Source: Alphaproteobacteria bacterium
Lineage (GTDB): Bacteria > Pseudomonadota > Alphaproteobacteria > UBA2966
Reading direction: 5' to 3'
DNA: 64,000 nucleotides
Assembly: GCA_018654745.1 (NCBI GenBank)
Contig: JABILA010000051.1
Coordinates: 6,751-70,750, forward strand
The notes under the pieces are model-generated. The model was not told where the DNA came from. It ran no database searches and worked only from the letters and a program-made list of their open reading frames with translations. The position numbers were made by a program, and so were the translations under genes. Positions 10,436-20,260 of the stretch are shown piece by piece; the first letter of the stretch is position 1; each line of letters opens with the position of its first letter.

Positions 10436-10720
10436 TCACTCTCCTGGCGCACGTGTCGTCAAAGCCAAAGCATGAACGGTGCTATCCATTTCTTCTTTTA
10501 ACGTGCGATAGACGTCACGTTGGCGCGCCACCCGGCTTTTCCCCGTAAAGGCCTCACACACCATCTCAACCTTAAAATGGGTTTCACCACCCGGCCTGGC
10601 ACCGGAATGGCCTTCATGCCGCCAGGACTCATCTTCGACTTCCAGCATTTGAGGCTGAAACGCAGCGGTCAGTTTTTCATGGATCCGGCCTGCCATTGTT
10701 GCTTTGTCCGCTGTCGTCAT
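10436..10720 (-). CDS. bolA: BolA family transcriptional regulator
   Basis: 94-aa ORF with the BolA fold signature (...HFKVEMVCEAFTGKSRVARQRDVY...). Confidence 0.85.
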   Translation of the reverse strand: MTTADKATMAGRIHEKLTAAFQPQMLEVEDESWRHEGHSGARPGGETHFKVEMVCEAFTGKSRVARQRDVYRTLKEEMDSTVHALALTTRAPGE

Positions 10721-10973
10721 CGTGAATTCTCCTGAAATGTGAAGCCGGAAAAATGGCCAGGTTCATTACAACTGTCAACAGGCTAAGAAACTGCTGATTG
10801 TAAGATAATTCATTCTCATATATCTGACTGAAATAGCGTGTTATTTTGATGATTTTTTATCCACACTGAAAACAATGGCTAAAAACAGCCAAAATTTTGT
10901 GGATATTTTGTCCTTGTGATATCATATTACCCGAGTTAACTTCATTGTTAATAGGTAATGACAGAAAAACTGA

Positions 10974-11399
10974 ATGGACAGGCTAATGACTGCACTTGCA
11001 ACGGAATACGACCACGAGTCGAATGAAAGCGTCGCCGCTCCGGCAAAAACACGGGCGCGCGAAGTTGACTTGTATGTCGGCCAGCGCATTCGCGAGCGAC
11101 GCACGATGATGGGTCTGACCCAACAGCAGATGGCTGATTTGATCGGCGTCACTTATCAACAGGCACATAAATACGAGCGTGGTATCAATCGCGTCTCTGC
11201 TGGCCGTCTATACGACATTGGCCAGGCTCTGGGTGTCCAGACCGGATATTTTTATGACGGACTGGATTCCGGTAATAAAAGTGAAGTATCGCAACACCAG
11301 CGCATGTGCCTTGAACTGGCGCGCAATTTTGGCCAAATCAATAATGAGCGCCATCAACGCGCCCTGAGTTCACTCGCCAGGGCCTTGGTGGAAGAATAA
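10974..11399 (+). CDS. XRE-family helix-turn-helix transcriptional regulator
   Basis: HTH_3 motif (GLTQQQMADLIGVTYQQAHKYERGINRVSAGRLYDIGQALGV). A Rho-independent terminator follows at 11461-11502. Confidence 0.8.
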   Translation: MDRLMTALATEYDHESNESVAAPAKTRAREVDLYVGQRIRERRTMMGLTQQQMADLIGVTYQQAHKYERGINRVSAGRLYDIGQALGVQTGYFYDGLDSGNKSEVSQHQRMCLELARNFGQINNERHQRALSSLARALVEE

Positions 11400-11460
11400 A
11401 ACACTACAGAATTGTCGGAATACTTCCGGCGATATCGCATCGGGCTACAGACAGATTTAA

Positions 11461-11502
11461 CCATCGGGGAAAAGCGTAACGCCCCGATGGTTTTCTTTTT
11501 TT
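11461..11502 (+). terminator. Rho-independent terminator of the XRE regulator gene
   Basis: The hairpin ccatcgggg-aaaagcgtaac-gccccgatgg is followed by ttttcttttttt. Confidence 0.8.
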
Positions 11503-11600
11503 GAATACCCCATTCCGGACAAGAAAATAACACCGAATGCTGTTTGATTGACCGGGTGTACGGCTTGCTTCACCCGGCCTCAGACCGCATAATTTCAGCT

Positions 11601-12161
11601 ATGGCATTATCCAGATTTCAACGCGCGGCCGAAGCAGAAGCGGTCAATACCTGTGACTACCCGGATTGCCATTCCGGTGGCGCTTTCCGTGCGCCAAAAT
11701 CACGAGACAGACTGGATGAACATTACTGGTTTTGCCTGGATCATGTCCGGGAATACAACAAATCCTGGAATTTCTTTGAAGACATGTCCGGCGACCAGAT
11801 TGAAGAGTTTCAGCGCGCCGACGTGACCGGCCATCGACCGACCTGGCGTCTTGGTCTGAATGCCTCAGCAGAACACGCCGGAATTATTCAGGATGATCTC
11901 GGGATTTTGCACGCGGCGGGACTTGGTGGTCGTTACAACGAAACCGAACATGATTTGCGCCCTTTGCCACCAGAACAGCGCGACGCCCTGGCGGAGCTGG
12001 ATTTACCACCCCTGGCCGCGCTGGACGAAATCAAGTCCCGCTACAAAGAACTGGCCAAAAAACATCATCCAGACCTGAATAACGGTGATGCCGCCGCCGA
12101 AGAAAAATTCAAGGCGATAGGCAAAGCTTATAATTACCTGCTGACTTGTGGGTACAGTTGA
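11601..12161 (+). CDS. J-domain (DnaJ-like) protein of the cobS/cobT neighbourhood
   Basis: C-terminal J domain with HPD ([20 protein letters not shown]...[12 protein letters not shown]). I chose the ATG at 11601; the longer ORF starts from TTG at 11544. Confidence 0.7.
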   Translation: MALSRFQRAAEAEAVNTCDYPDCHSGGAFRAPKSRDRLDEHYWFCLDHVREYNKSWNFFEDMSGDQIEEFQRADVTGHRPTWRLGLNASAEHAGIIQDDLGILHAAGLGGRYNETEHDLRPLPPEQRDALAELDLPPLAALDEIKSRYKELAKKHHPDLNNGDAAAEEKFKAIGKAYNYLLTCGYS

Positions 12162-12333
12162 TTATGTCAATCTACACAAAGAATTTGTAAAGGTTGCCGT
12201 ATAGCCCCTAGCCAATTATACAGAACATCAAATATAGAGGTATTCCAGGTTTCCTGCCTGACTTTATTGCCTCATTTCCACGCACACCTGTTTTCGCAGG
12301 TTCACCGCACGGCCTCCTAGATATCCAGGACAC

Positions 12334-13344
12334 ATGACCATGAGCGACCAGACGAGTAACGTTGAAACGAATGACCACCCAACAGGTTCGCCGGACATCA
12401 CAGTTTCTGTCCGTCAAACATTCGGTTTGGACATCGATTTTGAAGTCCCTGCCTTTTCGACAGAATCAGGTCATGTACCTGATATCGACGAAGGCTACCG
12501 ATTTGATCGCGACACCACACTGGCCATTCTGGCAGGCTTTGCCCACAACCGCCGGGTCATGATCCAGGGATATCACGGCACGGGTAAATCAACCCATATC
12601 GAACAGGTCGCAGCCCGTCTGAACTGGCCTTGTGTCCGGGTCAATCTGGACAGCCATGTCAGCCGGATCGATCTGATCGGCAAGGACGCAATTGTTCTGC
12701 GTGACGGCAAACAGGTTACTGAATTTCGCGAAGGCATTCTGCCCTGGGCGCTACAGTCACCGACTGCCCTGGTTTTTGATGAATATGATGCCGGTCGTGC
12801 CGACGTTATGTTCGTGATCCAGCGTGTACTGGAAGCAGAAGGTCGCTTGACCTTGCTGGACCAGAACAAGGTCATCAAACCGCACCCGTCTTTCCGGTTA
12901 TTCTCGACGACCAACACAGTTGGCCTGGGTGATACTACGGGTCTGTACCATGGCACCCAGCAGATCAACCAGGGACAAATGGATCGTTGGTCCATTGTCA
13001 CGACCCTGAACTATTTACCGCATGATCAGGAAGCCGAGATTGTTTTGTCGAAATCACCGACCTACGACAATGCTGACGGCAACAAGACCATCGACGCCAT
13101 GGTCAACGTCGCTGACCTGACCCGCCAGGGTTTCGTGAACGGGGATATTTCCACGGTCATGTCACCACGGACGGTCATCACCTGGGCGGAAAATGCGCGT
13201 ATTTTCAACGATATTCCTTTTGCCTTCCGGCTGACCTTTCTGAACAAATGCGATGAAATCGAACGCGCCACTGTCGCGGAATATTATCAGCGTGCCTTTG
13301 GCGAGGAATTGCCGGAATCAGCTGCCAACATTTCGCTCTCCTGA
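12334..13344 (+). CDS. cobS: cobaltochelatase subunit CobS (MoxR-like AAA+ ATPase)
   Basis: Walker A motif GYHGTGKST and full-length similarity to aerobic CobS. cobT follows immediately. Confidence 0.9.
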   Translation: MTMSDQTSNVETNDHPTGSPDITVSVRQTFGLDIDFEVPAFSTESGHVPDIDEGYRFDRDTTLAILAGFAHNRRVMIQGYHGTGKSTHIEQVAARLNWPCVRVNLDSHVSRIDLIGKDAIVLRDGKQVTEFREGILPWALQSPTALVFDEYDAGRADVMFVIQRVLEAEGRLTLLDQNKVIKPHPSFRLFSTTNTVGLGDTTGLYHGTQQINQGQMDRWSIVTTLNYLPHDQEAEIVLSKSPTYDNADGNKTIDAMVNVADLTRQGFVNGDISTVMSPRTVITWAENARIFNDIPFAFRLTFLNKCDEIERATVAEYYQRAFGEELPESAANISLS

Positions 13345-13370
13345 ATCTGAAGAACTGAACCGAGTGTCTC

Positions 13371-15233
13371 GTGGCTGATAAAGACAACCCGTCTGATCCC
13401 TTCAAGCTAGCTGTCGCATCGACAGTGCGGGCGATTTCTGCGCGCGACGAGCTTGAAGTGACTTATTCTACGGATGCACCAGGTGTCGCCGGCGATTCTG
13501 TGCGTTTGCCGATGCCGTCACGAGATCTTGGTGCGGCGGAAGTCGCCACTATTCGCGGCACTGCCGATCAATTGGCTTTGAAGCTTCGCTATCACGACAC
13601 CGGCAAGCACGCCAAGGCAATGCCACAAGGTGCCGATGCCCGGGCGGTATTTGATGCTGTTGAGCTTGCCAGGATTGAAGCCATTGGCTCGGCCAGGATG
13701 ACGGGTATTGCCGATAACCTGGATGCAGCCCTGGAAGATCATTGCAAGACCAAGGGTTTCGATGCCGTGCGGGATTTGGCTGATGCCCCGCTGGCTGATG
13801 CCTTGCGTCTGATTGTGCGGGAACGCCTGACCGGTGCCAAGCCACCTGAAGCGGCACAGTCGATCGTTGATTTGTGGAAACCGACAGTTCTGGACAAGGC
13901 AGCCGGTGATCTGGCTGATCTGGTCGAAAATATTAACGACCAGGCGGCTTTCGCCAAATGCGCCCGTCAATTGATTGCCGATATGGATCTCGCCGACGAA
14001 TGGGACGGCGAGGAAATGGATGACCAGTCGGACGGTGACGAAGACGGCGCCGCCGAACAGGAAGCCAGCGACGAAGGTTCAACTGAAGATGGCCCTGAAC
14101 AGTCCGAGGCAGACAGTCAGGAATCAGCCGAAGGCGATGCCGAAGCCGGAATTGAAGCCGAGGGCGATGTCGGTGAAGACCAGGCAGAAGCCTCTGGCGA
14201 CGACGACGCCGGTCGCAGCGAGCAACCCTGGTGGCCCGATGATCTGACCAACAGCCCGCCCGGCGAAAGACCGTACCGGCCATACACATCTGATTATGAC
14301 GAAGTGACCTACGCCACGGAACTTTGTGAAGACGAAGAGCTGACCCGATTGCGCGCCCATCTGGACCAGCAGCTGAATCACTTGCAGGGCATGATTGGCA
14401 AGCTTGCAAACCGTTTGCAACGGCGGTTAATGGCCAAGCAAACGCGATCCTGGGAATTTGATCTCGAGGAAGGCATTCTGGACGCAGGCAAGTTGAGCCG
14501 CATCGTCACCAATCCGGAAAGCCCGCTCAGCTTCAAGAGAGAAAAAGAAACCGACTTCCGTGACACCGTTGTCACCTTGTTGCTGGATAATTCTGGTTCC
14601 ATGCGTGGCCGCCCGATCAGTGTCGCCGCCATGTCTGCAGATATTTTGGCCAGAACACTGGAACGTTGTTCGGTTCGCGTGGAAATTCTGGGTTTCACAA
14701 CACGCGCCTGGAAGGGCGGACAGTCCCGGGAAAAGTGGCTCGCGGATGGCAAGCCGGCGAACCCCGGTCGTTTGAACGATCTTCGTCACATCGTCTATAA
14801 ATCTGCGGATGAGCCCTGGCGGCGGGCGCGCAAAAACCTTGGGCTGATGCTGCGCGAAGGATTGTTGAAAGAAAACATCGACGGGGAGGCCCTGCTCTGG
14901 GCCCATCAAAGATTACTGGCACGTCAGGAAGACCGTCGCATCATGATGGTGATTTCTGATGGCGCGCCGGTTGATGATTCCACCCTGTCCGTGAACCCCG
15001 GCAATTATCTGGACCGGCATTTGCGCCAGGTTATTCAGTGGATCGAAACACGCTCGCCCGTCGATCTGGTTGCCATCGGTATTGGCCACGATGTCACGCG
15101 ATATTACCGTCGTGCCGTGACCATCGTCGATGCCGAACAACTTGGCGGCGTCATGCTTGAAAAACTGACCGAATTATTCGAAGACGATCCGCTCGCCAGA
15201 ATGCCGGCAGCGGCACGGCGGCGCATGCATTAA
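13371..15233 (+). CDS. cobT: cobaltochelatase subunit CobT (acidic region plus vWA domain)
   Basis: 620-aa ORF with the central poly-Asp/Glu acidic stretch typical of CobT and a C-terminal von Willebrand A domain ([13 protein letters not shown]...). GTG start. Confidence 0.9.
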   Translation: MADKDNPSDPFKLAVASTVRAISARDELEVTYSTDAPGVAGDSVRLPMPSRDLGAAEVATIRGTADQLALKLRYHDTGKHAKAMPQGADARAVFDAVELARIEAIGSARMTGIADNLDAALEDHCKTKGFDAVRDLADAPLADALRLIVRERLTGAKPPEAAQSIVDLWKPTVLDKAAGDLADLVENINDQAAFAKCARQLIADMDLADEWDGEEMDDQSDGDEDGAAEQEASDEGSTEDGPEQSEADSQESAEGDAEAGIEAEGDVGEDQAEASGDDDAGRSEQPWWPDDLTNSPPGERPYRPYTSDYDEVTYATELCEDEELTRLRAHLDQQLNHLQGMIGKLANRLQRRLMAKQTRSWEFDLEEGILDAGKLSRIVTNPESPLSFKREKETDFRDTVVTLLLDNSGSMRGRPISVAAMSADILARTLERCSVRVEILGFTTRAWKGGQSREKWLADGKPANPGRLNDLRHIVYKSADEPWRRARKNLGLMLREGLLKENIDGEALLWAHQRLLARQEDRRIMMVISDGAPVDDSTLSVNPGNYLDRHLRQVIQWIETRSPVDLVAIGIGHDVTRYYRRAVTIVDAEQLGGVMLEKLTELFEDDPLARMPAAARRRMH

Positions 15234-15246
15234 CAAGGGCTTCATT

Positions 15247-16194
15247 ATGACACTTCATCCCGGCGCAAAATGGATCGTTGAAGCGGCAGCAGACGCCCTG
15301 AAGATGGGTCAAACCCCGATTGAGGAAAAGACTGCTGAACAAGCCCGTGCCTTTTACGCAGATAGTCGCAGCGCACTGACACCCGATTTGCCTGATGTCG
15401 GCCTGGTGGAGAACCTGGTCATTCCGGGGCCACACGGCGAAATTGGTGCACGATATTATCGCCCCGCCGGTTCGTCTGCAGATGACATCCTGCCGCTTTG
15501 CCTTTTCTATCATGGTGGTGGCTGGGTTATCGGTGACCTGGATTCTCACGAATATGTTTGCCGCAGGATGGTCAACAGCGGCGGCTTCGCTGTCATCTCG
15601 GTAGATTACCGCATGGCACCGGAACACACCTTCCCTGTCGCGGTCGAAGATGCCTATGCCGCCCTGGAATGGGCCGCTGCCGGTGCAGGTGGTCGCAAAA
15701 TTGATCCTGATCACCTGGCAGTGTCCGGCGATTCCGCCGGTGGAAACCTCTCGGCTGTCGTTGCCCTTATGGCCCGGGACCAGGCGGGTCCGGCCATTCG
15801 ATTTCAGGGACTGATTTATCCGGCGACCGACATGAACATGATCACCCAGTCACATATTGATTTTGCTGAAGGTCATATCCTGACGGCAAAATCCATGGTC
15901 TGGTTTCAGGAACAATACCTGAATTCGCCTGCCGATCGCGAAGACTGGCGCGCCTCTCCCATCAAACACGAAAACCTCAAGGGCTTGCCACCAGCCATCG
16001 TTATTACGGCTGGCCATGATCCCTTGAAGGACGAAGGCAAAGCCTATGCCGAGCGCATGGCTGGCGCAGGTGTTGAAGTCACCTTCAAATGTTATGAGGG
16101 GCAAATCCACGGATTTGTGACGATGGCAAAGGTCATCGATGAAAGTGATGTTGCAATTGATCAGGTCGCAGAGGCAATTGCCGCTGCAATCTGA
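15247..16194 (+). CDS. alpha/beta-hydrolase fold esterase/lipase (HSL family)
   Basis: HGGGW oxyanion motif and the GDSAGGNL nucleophile elbow. Confidence 0.85.
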   Translation: MTLHPGAKWIVEAAADALKMGQTPIEEKTAEQARAFYADSRSALTPDLPDVGLVENLVIPGPHGEIGARYYRPAGSSADDILPLCLFYHGGGWVIGDLDSHEYVCRRMVNSGGFAVISVDYRMAPEHTFPVAVEDAYAALEWAAAGAGGRKIDPDHLAVSGDSAGGNLSAVVALMARDQAGPAIRFQGLIYPATDMNMITQSHIDFAEGHILTAKSMVWFQEQYLNSPADREDWRASPIKHENLKGLPPAIVITAGHDPLKDEGKAYAERMAGAGVEVTFKCYEGQIHGFVTMAKVIDESDVAIDQVAEAIAAAI

Positions 16195-16232
16195 TCAGGG
16201 GTCAGGGCAACTCTGACTTAAACGGAAACGCT

Positions 16233-16781
16233 CTAGTTTTTGACTTCAGCCGGAGAGATGTAATGCATCAAGGCCCGGAACGGGACCAGCATGCTGAGAG
16301 CCAGAACCAGCTTCACACCATAATCGCCAAGACCCAGGGTTACCCATGGCACTGGCGTTGCGTAGAAGGCGATGGAGAAGAACAACGCTGTGTCCAGGGC
16401 TGATGCCAGGACGGACGAAATCAGCGGCGTCTGCCACCAGGCGAGGCCACGCAAGCGATTAAAAATGTAAACATCGAACAACTGTGCCAGCAGGAAGGCA
16501 GTCCCTGAGGCCACAGCAATACGGGCACCGGCAAATTCAATGGACAGGATAACGGCCAGGGCAAAGCCCACATACACCACCATCCGGGCCTTGGCAGGTC
16601 CATAGCGACGATTGGTCAGATCTGTTACCAGAAATGAAATGGGATAGGTCAAGGCACCCCAGGTCAGCCAATCATTGATCGGGATCTGGACGACAATATT
16701 CGAGACAACGACGATGACAATCATGGCCAGGGTTGGTAGCCACAATTCCCTGATGAATGTGCTTGTGTTGGTCATCGTCAT
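16233..16781 (-). CDS. yhhQ: queuosine precursor transporter (YhhQ/DUF165, VUT family)
   Basis: 182-aa membrane protein with the characteristic YhhQ N-terminus (...IVVQIPINDWLTWGALTYPISFLVTDLTNRRYG). Confidence 0.8.
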   Translation of the reverse strand: MTMTNTSTFIRELWLPTLAMIVIVVVSNIVVQIPINDWLTWGALTYPISFLVTDLTNRRYGPAKARMVVYVGFALAVILSIEFAGARIAVASGTAFLLAQLFDVYIFNRLRGLAWWQTPLISSVLASALDTALFFSIAFYATPVPWVTLGLGDYGVKLVLALSMLVPFRALMHYISPAEVKN

Positions 16782-16865
16782 ATCCTTTGGATGTCCTGCC
16801 GTAAAAACTATTTCACCCGCGCCAGACTCTGGACACGGGTGAAAAATCAGGCTTTGAAAGCGCGA

Positions 16866-17162
16866 TCAGGCAGCAGCGGCAGCTTTGGCGTTTTTGGCCA
16901 GTTCGCGCTTGATCCGCAGTGCACCAGCAGAAAGCTGGGCGTCCTTGGCTTTCAGCAAAAAGTTATCCAGACCACCATTATGCTCAACCGAGCGCAGGGC
17001 ATAGGCCGTAACCTTGAAACGCATGGTGCGATCCAGAGACTCGCTGTACAGCTTTGTTTCCTGAACGTTGGGAAGAAAACGGCGGCGGGTCCTGTTGTGA
17101 GCGTGGCTCACGTTGTTCCCGGTGAGTACACCTTTTCCTGTCAGTTCGCAGCGTCGTGCCAT
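16866..17162 (-). CDS. rpmB: 50S ribosomal protein L28
   Basis: [34 protein letters not shown] is a canonical L28 sequence. Confidence 0.92.
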   Translation of the reverse strand: MARRCELTGKGVLTGNNVSHAHNRTRRRFLPNVQETKLYSESLDRTMRFKVTAYALRSVEHNGGLDNFLLKAKDAQLSAGALRIKRELAKNAKAAAAA

Positions 17163-17409
17163 GGTTCTGGTACCTTTAGAAGATTGCTATTCCGGGTAAA
17201 TTCCCGAAAAGTGTTTATTTGTCAAATGCGTTTTGCTCTCGAAATCACCAGGTCGCCTTACTCAGCGCGCATATCCAATGATTTGGAACAGTGGATAAAG
17301 GTGGCTCAACAACAGCAAAACATAAACCCCGGGCCTTTCAGCTCAGGGACGGCGCTTTTTAAGCCAGAGTCCGCACGGCGTCAAGGAAATACCGGGAATA
17401 AAATATTGC

Positions 17410-18408
17410 TTAAGTCCCCCGGAAAGCCGCCATCAGCGTACGCGCAGCCACTGACGGGGTCATTCGTCCTGCTGCAACTTCGGCTTCCACCCTGGCGAGA
17501 TGTTCAGCGACTTCGGAATCCTGCCTGAATGCATCCACCAGACTCTCCTCAATTTCGCCCCACAACCACTCCCTCGCCTGCATTGCACGGCGCTCAGCAA
17601 GGGCATCGGCCACTTCAAAAGCCTGACGGTGGCGCAGGATCACCTCGAGAATTTCGGCCATGCCGGTTTTCTTCAAGGATGAACAAATCAGAACTTCCGG
17701 CAACCAATATGGCGTGGACGGACGCATCAAGCCCAGCGCGCCCTTGTATTCCGCGGCAACACGCCCGGCAACCGGTTTCAGGTCGCCATCAGCCTTGTTG
17801 ACGACAACCATGTCCGCAAGTTCCATGATTCCGCGCTTGATACCCTGCAATTCATCGCCGCCGCCCGGCGACAACAGCAACAGGAACATATCCACCATGG
17901 CGGCGACGGCAGTTTCAGATTGCCCGACCCCGACAGTTTCGATGATCACCACATCATATCCAGCGGCTTCACAAACCAGCATGGCTTCCCGTGTGCGCCT
18001 TGCGACCCCGCCCAGGGTACCCCCGGAAGGCGATGGGCGAATAAAGGCTGCAGAATTGCGGGAAAGTTCCTCCATACGGGTTTTGTCGCCAAGAATGGAA
18101 CCACCTGAGCGAACCGAAGAGGGATCAATGGCCAGCACCGCAACCCGTTTACCCTGTTCAACAAGGTGCAGCCCAAAGGCTTCAATAAATGTAGACTTGC
18201 CCGCACCCGGTGGGCCGGTGATCCCGAGACGGATGGCATTGCCGGATTGCGGCAAAAGCAGGGACAACAGTTCACTGGCCTGGAGTTGGTGATCAGCGCG
18301 ATGCGATTCGATCAGCGTAATGGCACGGCCCAGCGACCTGCGCTCACCTGCCACAACACCATCGGCGAGAGCTTGCATGGCCGGGCTGGCTTCGGGAACT
18401 TCAGACAT
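17410..18408 (-). CDS. meaB: methylmalonyl-CoA mutase-associated GTPase MeaB (ArgK)
   Basis: G1 motif GITGPPGAGKST and the NKAD G4 motif. Full-length similarity to MeaB. Confidence 0.9.
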   Translation of the reverse strand: MSEVPEASPAMQALADGVVAGERRSLGRAITLIESHRADHQLQASELLSLLLPQSGNAIRLGITGPPGAGKSTFIEAFGLHLVEQGKRVAVLAIDPSSVRSGGSILGDKTRMEELSRNSAAFIRPSPSGGTLGGVARRTREAMLVCEAAGYDVVIIETVGVGQSETAVAAMVDMFLLLLSPGGGDELQGIKRGIMELADMVVVNKADGDLKPVAGRVAAEYKGALGLMRPSTPYWLPEVLICSSLKKTGMAEILEVILRHRQAFEVADALAERRAMQAREWLWGEIEESLVDAFRQDSEVAEHLARVEAEVAAGRMTPSVAARTLMAAFRGT

Positions 18409-18448
18409 GGACTACCTGGATAATCGTAAAATAATCAGAGGGAGAAGC

Positions 18449-18847
18449 TTAGCTTTTGTTCTCTTTGCCAAACAGTTCTTCGTCATCCGTATCGCTGGCT
18501 GCAACAACCATTTCGGGCTTGTAGTCAGCGGGAACGGGATCGACATGAGGTTTGTCCAGCGCACTTTCCAGCATGCGCTGACGGGTTTCCAGATCAAGTT
18601 CCCCCAGGGCTTCCTGGGCTTTGGCCTGATTAGTCATGGCGGTCTGGATTTCAGTTTTGCGTTTGTCGGAGATCCCGAGGCTTTGGTCAGCCTGAACGTT
18701 CATGGCCTTGACCAAGGCGTTGGTTTTGGCCATTTCGACCTTTAATTCGTCTTCCAGTTTCGATACATAGGCCCCACGCGCCAGGGCACGGCGACCCTCC
18801 TGGTCCAGAAACATCGACAAAAACATGCGCGTCAGAAAACCGATCAC
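18449..18847 (-). CDS. hypothetical protein (132 aa), probably cotranscribed with meaB
   Basis: The ORF stops 40 bp before the meaB start, on the same strand. It has a hydrophobic N-terminus and a charged C-terminus. I recognise no family. Confidence 0.45.
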   Translation of the reverse strand: MIGFLTRMFLSMFLDQEGRRALARGAYVSKLEDELKVEMAKTNALVKAMNVQADQSLGISDKRKTEIQTAMTNQAKAQEALGELDLETRQRMLESALDKPHVDPVPADYKPEMVVAASDTDDEELFGKENKS

Positions 18848-19008
18848 AAATCTTCTCCAGTCAGACGATCTTGCCTATTCCCAGACAAACGTCATATCCC
18901 GCGATATTGCCGCCAATTGATGTATAATGTAAAGCCAAACAAAGACGGAAAACCAGGGAAAATCAAGGACCTGCCATAGCTAAAACATGCAACAATATCA
19001 TAAAAGAA

Positions 19009-19659
19009 ATGAAAGCAATGGCCGATCCTGAGGCGTTGGCGGGTAAAGCCCGATTTGGCATCAATGTGGAAAACTCCCTTGGACTGCGCATGCCGCAAAT
19101 CAGGGGCCTGGCGCGAAACATAGGCAAAGACCATCAACTGGCGCTTGAATTGTGGCAAACCGGTATTGTTGACGCAAGAATCCTGGCACCGTTGGTCGCA
19201 GACAGGAAAGCTGTGGATGTTGATCTGATGGAGGCCTGGGTCGCGGATTTCGCGTCCTGGGACGTTTGCGACCAGTGCTGCATTAACCTGTTTCGCCATC
19301 ACGACGCTGCCTTTGACAAGGTGCGTGAATGGGCAGCACGCGAAGAGGAATATGTTCGTCGTGCCGGATTTGCCCTGTTGGCAACTATGGCTGTGCACAA
19401 AAAGAATGAACCAGATCAAACTTTTATCGATTTTTTACCACTGATCGAGGCTTATGCCTTTGACGAGCGGAATTTTGTCAAAAAGGCCGTGAATTGGGCT
19501 TTGCGGCAAATTGGCAAACGCAACAAAAATTTGAACCAGGCAGCTCTTGCGACCTGCCAACACCTTATTGACCAGGACACAGCACCTGCGCGCTGGATTG
19601 CCCGGGACGCCGTGCGCGAACTCAAGGACAAGAAAATCCTCGACAGGCTTAAAAACTGA
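19009..19659 (+). CDS. DNA alkylation repair protein (AlkD/AlkC-like HEAT-repeat family)
   Basis: 216-aa ORF matching the 'DNA alkylation repair enzyme' family (WQTGIVDARILA...WAADFASWDVCDQCC...). Confidence 0.75.
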   Translation: MKAMADPEALAGKARFGINVENSLGLRMPQIRGLARNIGKDHQLALELWQTGIVDARILAPLVADRKAVDVDLMEAWVADFASWDVCDQCCINLFRHHDAAFDKVREWAAREEEYVRRAGFALLATMAVHKKNEPDQTFIDFLPLIEAYAFDERNFVKKAVNWALRQIGKRNKNLNQAALATCQHLIDQDTAPARWIARDAVRELKDKKILDRLKN

Positions 19660-19743
19660 TCCTGAAAACCTCTTGTATCTGTCAGGAAAATAGCCATTTC
19701 CAGAGTCTGCCCAGGGCATCAATCAAACAACGAGGCGGATGAA

Positions 19744-20058
19744 ATGATGGATACTGAAACAAAAAAGAACCTGACAGAGAACAGTACCTGGAAGCGCATT
19801 GCTTACATGGTTTTGTTTGTCATCACCTTTAACGTTGCTGAAATGGTGTTGTTCGTTGTTGTCGTCTTGCAGGTTGCCTTCAAGCTGTTTACTGGCAAAC
19901 CCCTTGATCCACTGAAAGAATTGGGTCAGGAAATTGGCAGTTATCTGCGAAGCGTCGTCAACTTCCTGACTTATACCACAGAAGAAATGCCGTTCCCGGT
20001 CGCATCCTGGCCCAGCAGCAATCCCAAAAGTGGCGGGCCTGTGAGCACGGAAGTCTGA
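19744..20058 (+). CDS. DUF4389 domain membrane protein
   Basis: Small protein with two predicted TM helices (WKRIAYMVLFVITFNVAEMVLFVVVVLQVAFKLFTG) typical of DUF4389. Confidence 0.6.
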   Translation: MMDTETKKNLTENSTWKRIAYMVLFVITFNVAEMVLFVVVVLQVAFKLFTGKPLDPLKELGQEIGSYLRSVVNFLTYTTEEMPFPVASWPSSNPKSGGPVSTEV

Positions 20059-20260
20059 TTACCGCACTTTCAATGAAATTTGGTCTGTGAATACATCCGG
20101 CGATTGATGTGTTGTGCGCGGATTGAGCGCCCTTGTTACCTGCATAAAAGTTGCGGCGCATTCTGGCGTCCCGGATATAATCTGACTTATTGTATTATTA
20201 TACAGATTGAACGAAGTGATTCTGTTTAAGCCGGAATCGCCCTAACAAACCGGAGTTCCC

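Noticed and set aside
10925-10945. CtrA-like TTAA-N7-TTAAC box
   Set aside because: The spacing here is N8, not the canonical N7. I kept it only as a loose observation inside the AT-rich control region.
12162-12333. possible cobalamin riboswitch upstream of cobS
   Set aside because: The 170-bp leader has no B12-box (GCCACTG-like) or conserved riboswitch stems.
17163-17409. possible ncRNA or leader element upstream of rpmB
   Set aside because: I found no convincing conserved stem-loops or a known L28-leader structure by eye. It is more likely just the meaB terminator region plus the rpmB promoter.
16791-17528. 245-aa plus-strand ORF spanning the rpmB/meaB interval
   Set aside because: It overlaps the bona fide L28 gene on the opposite strand and runs into meaB. 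It has low-complexity composition and no homology.
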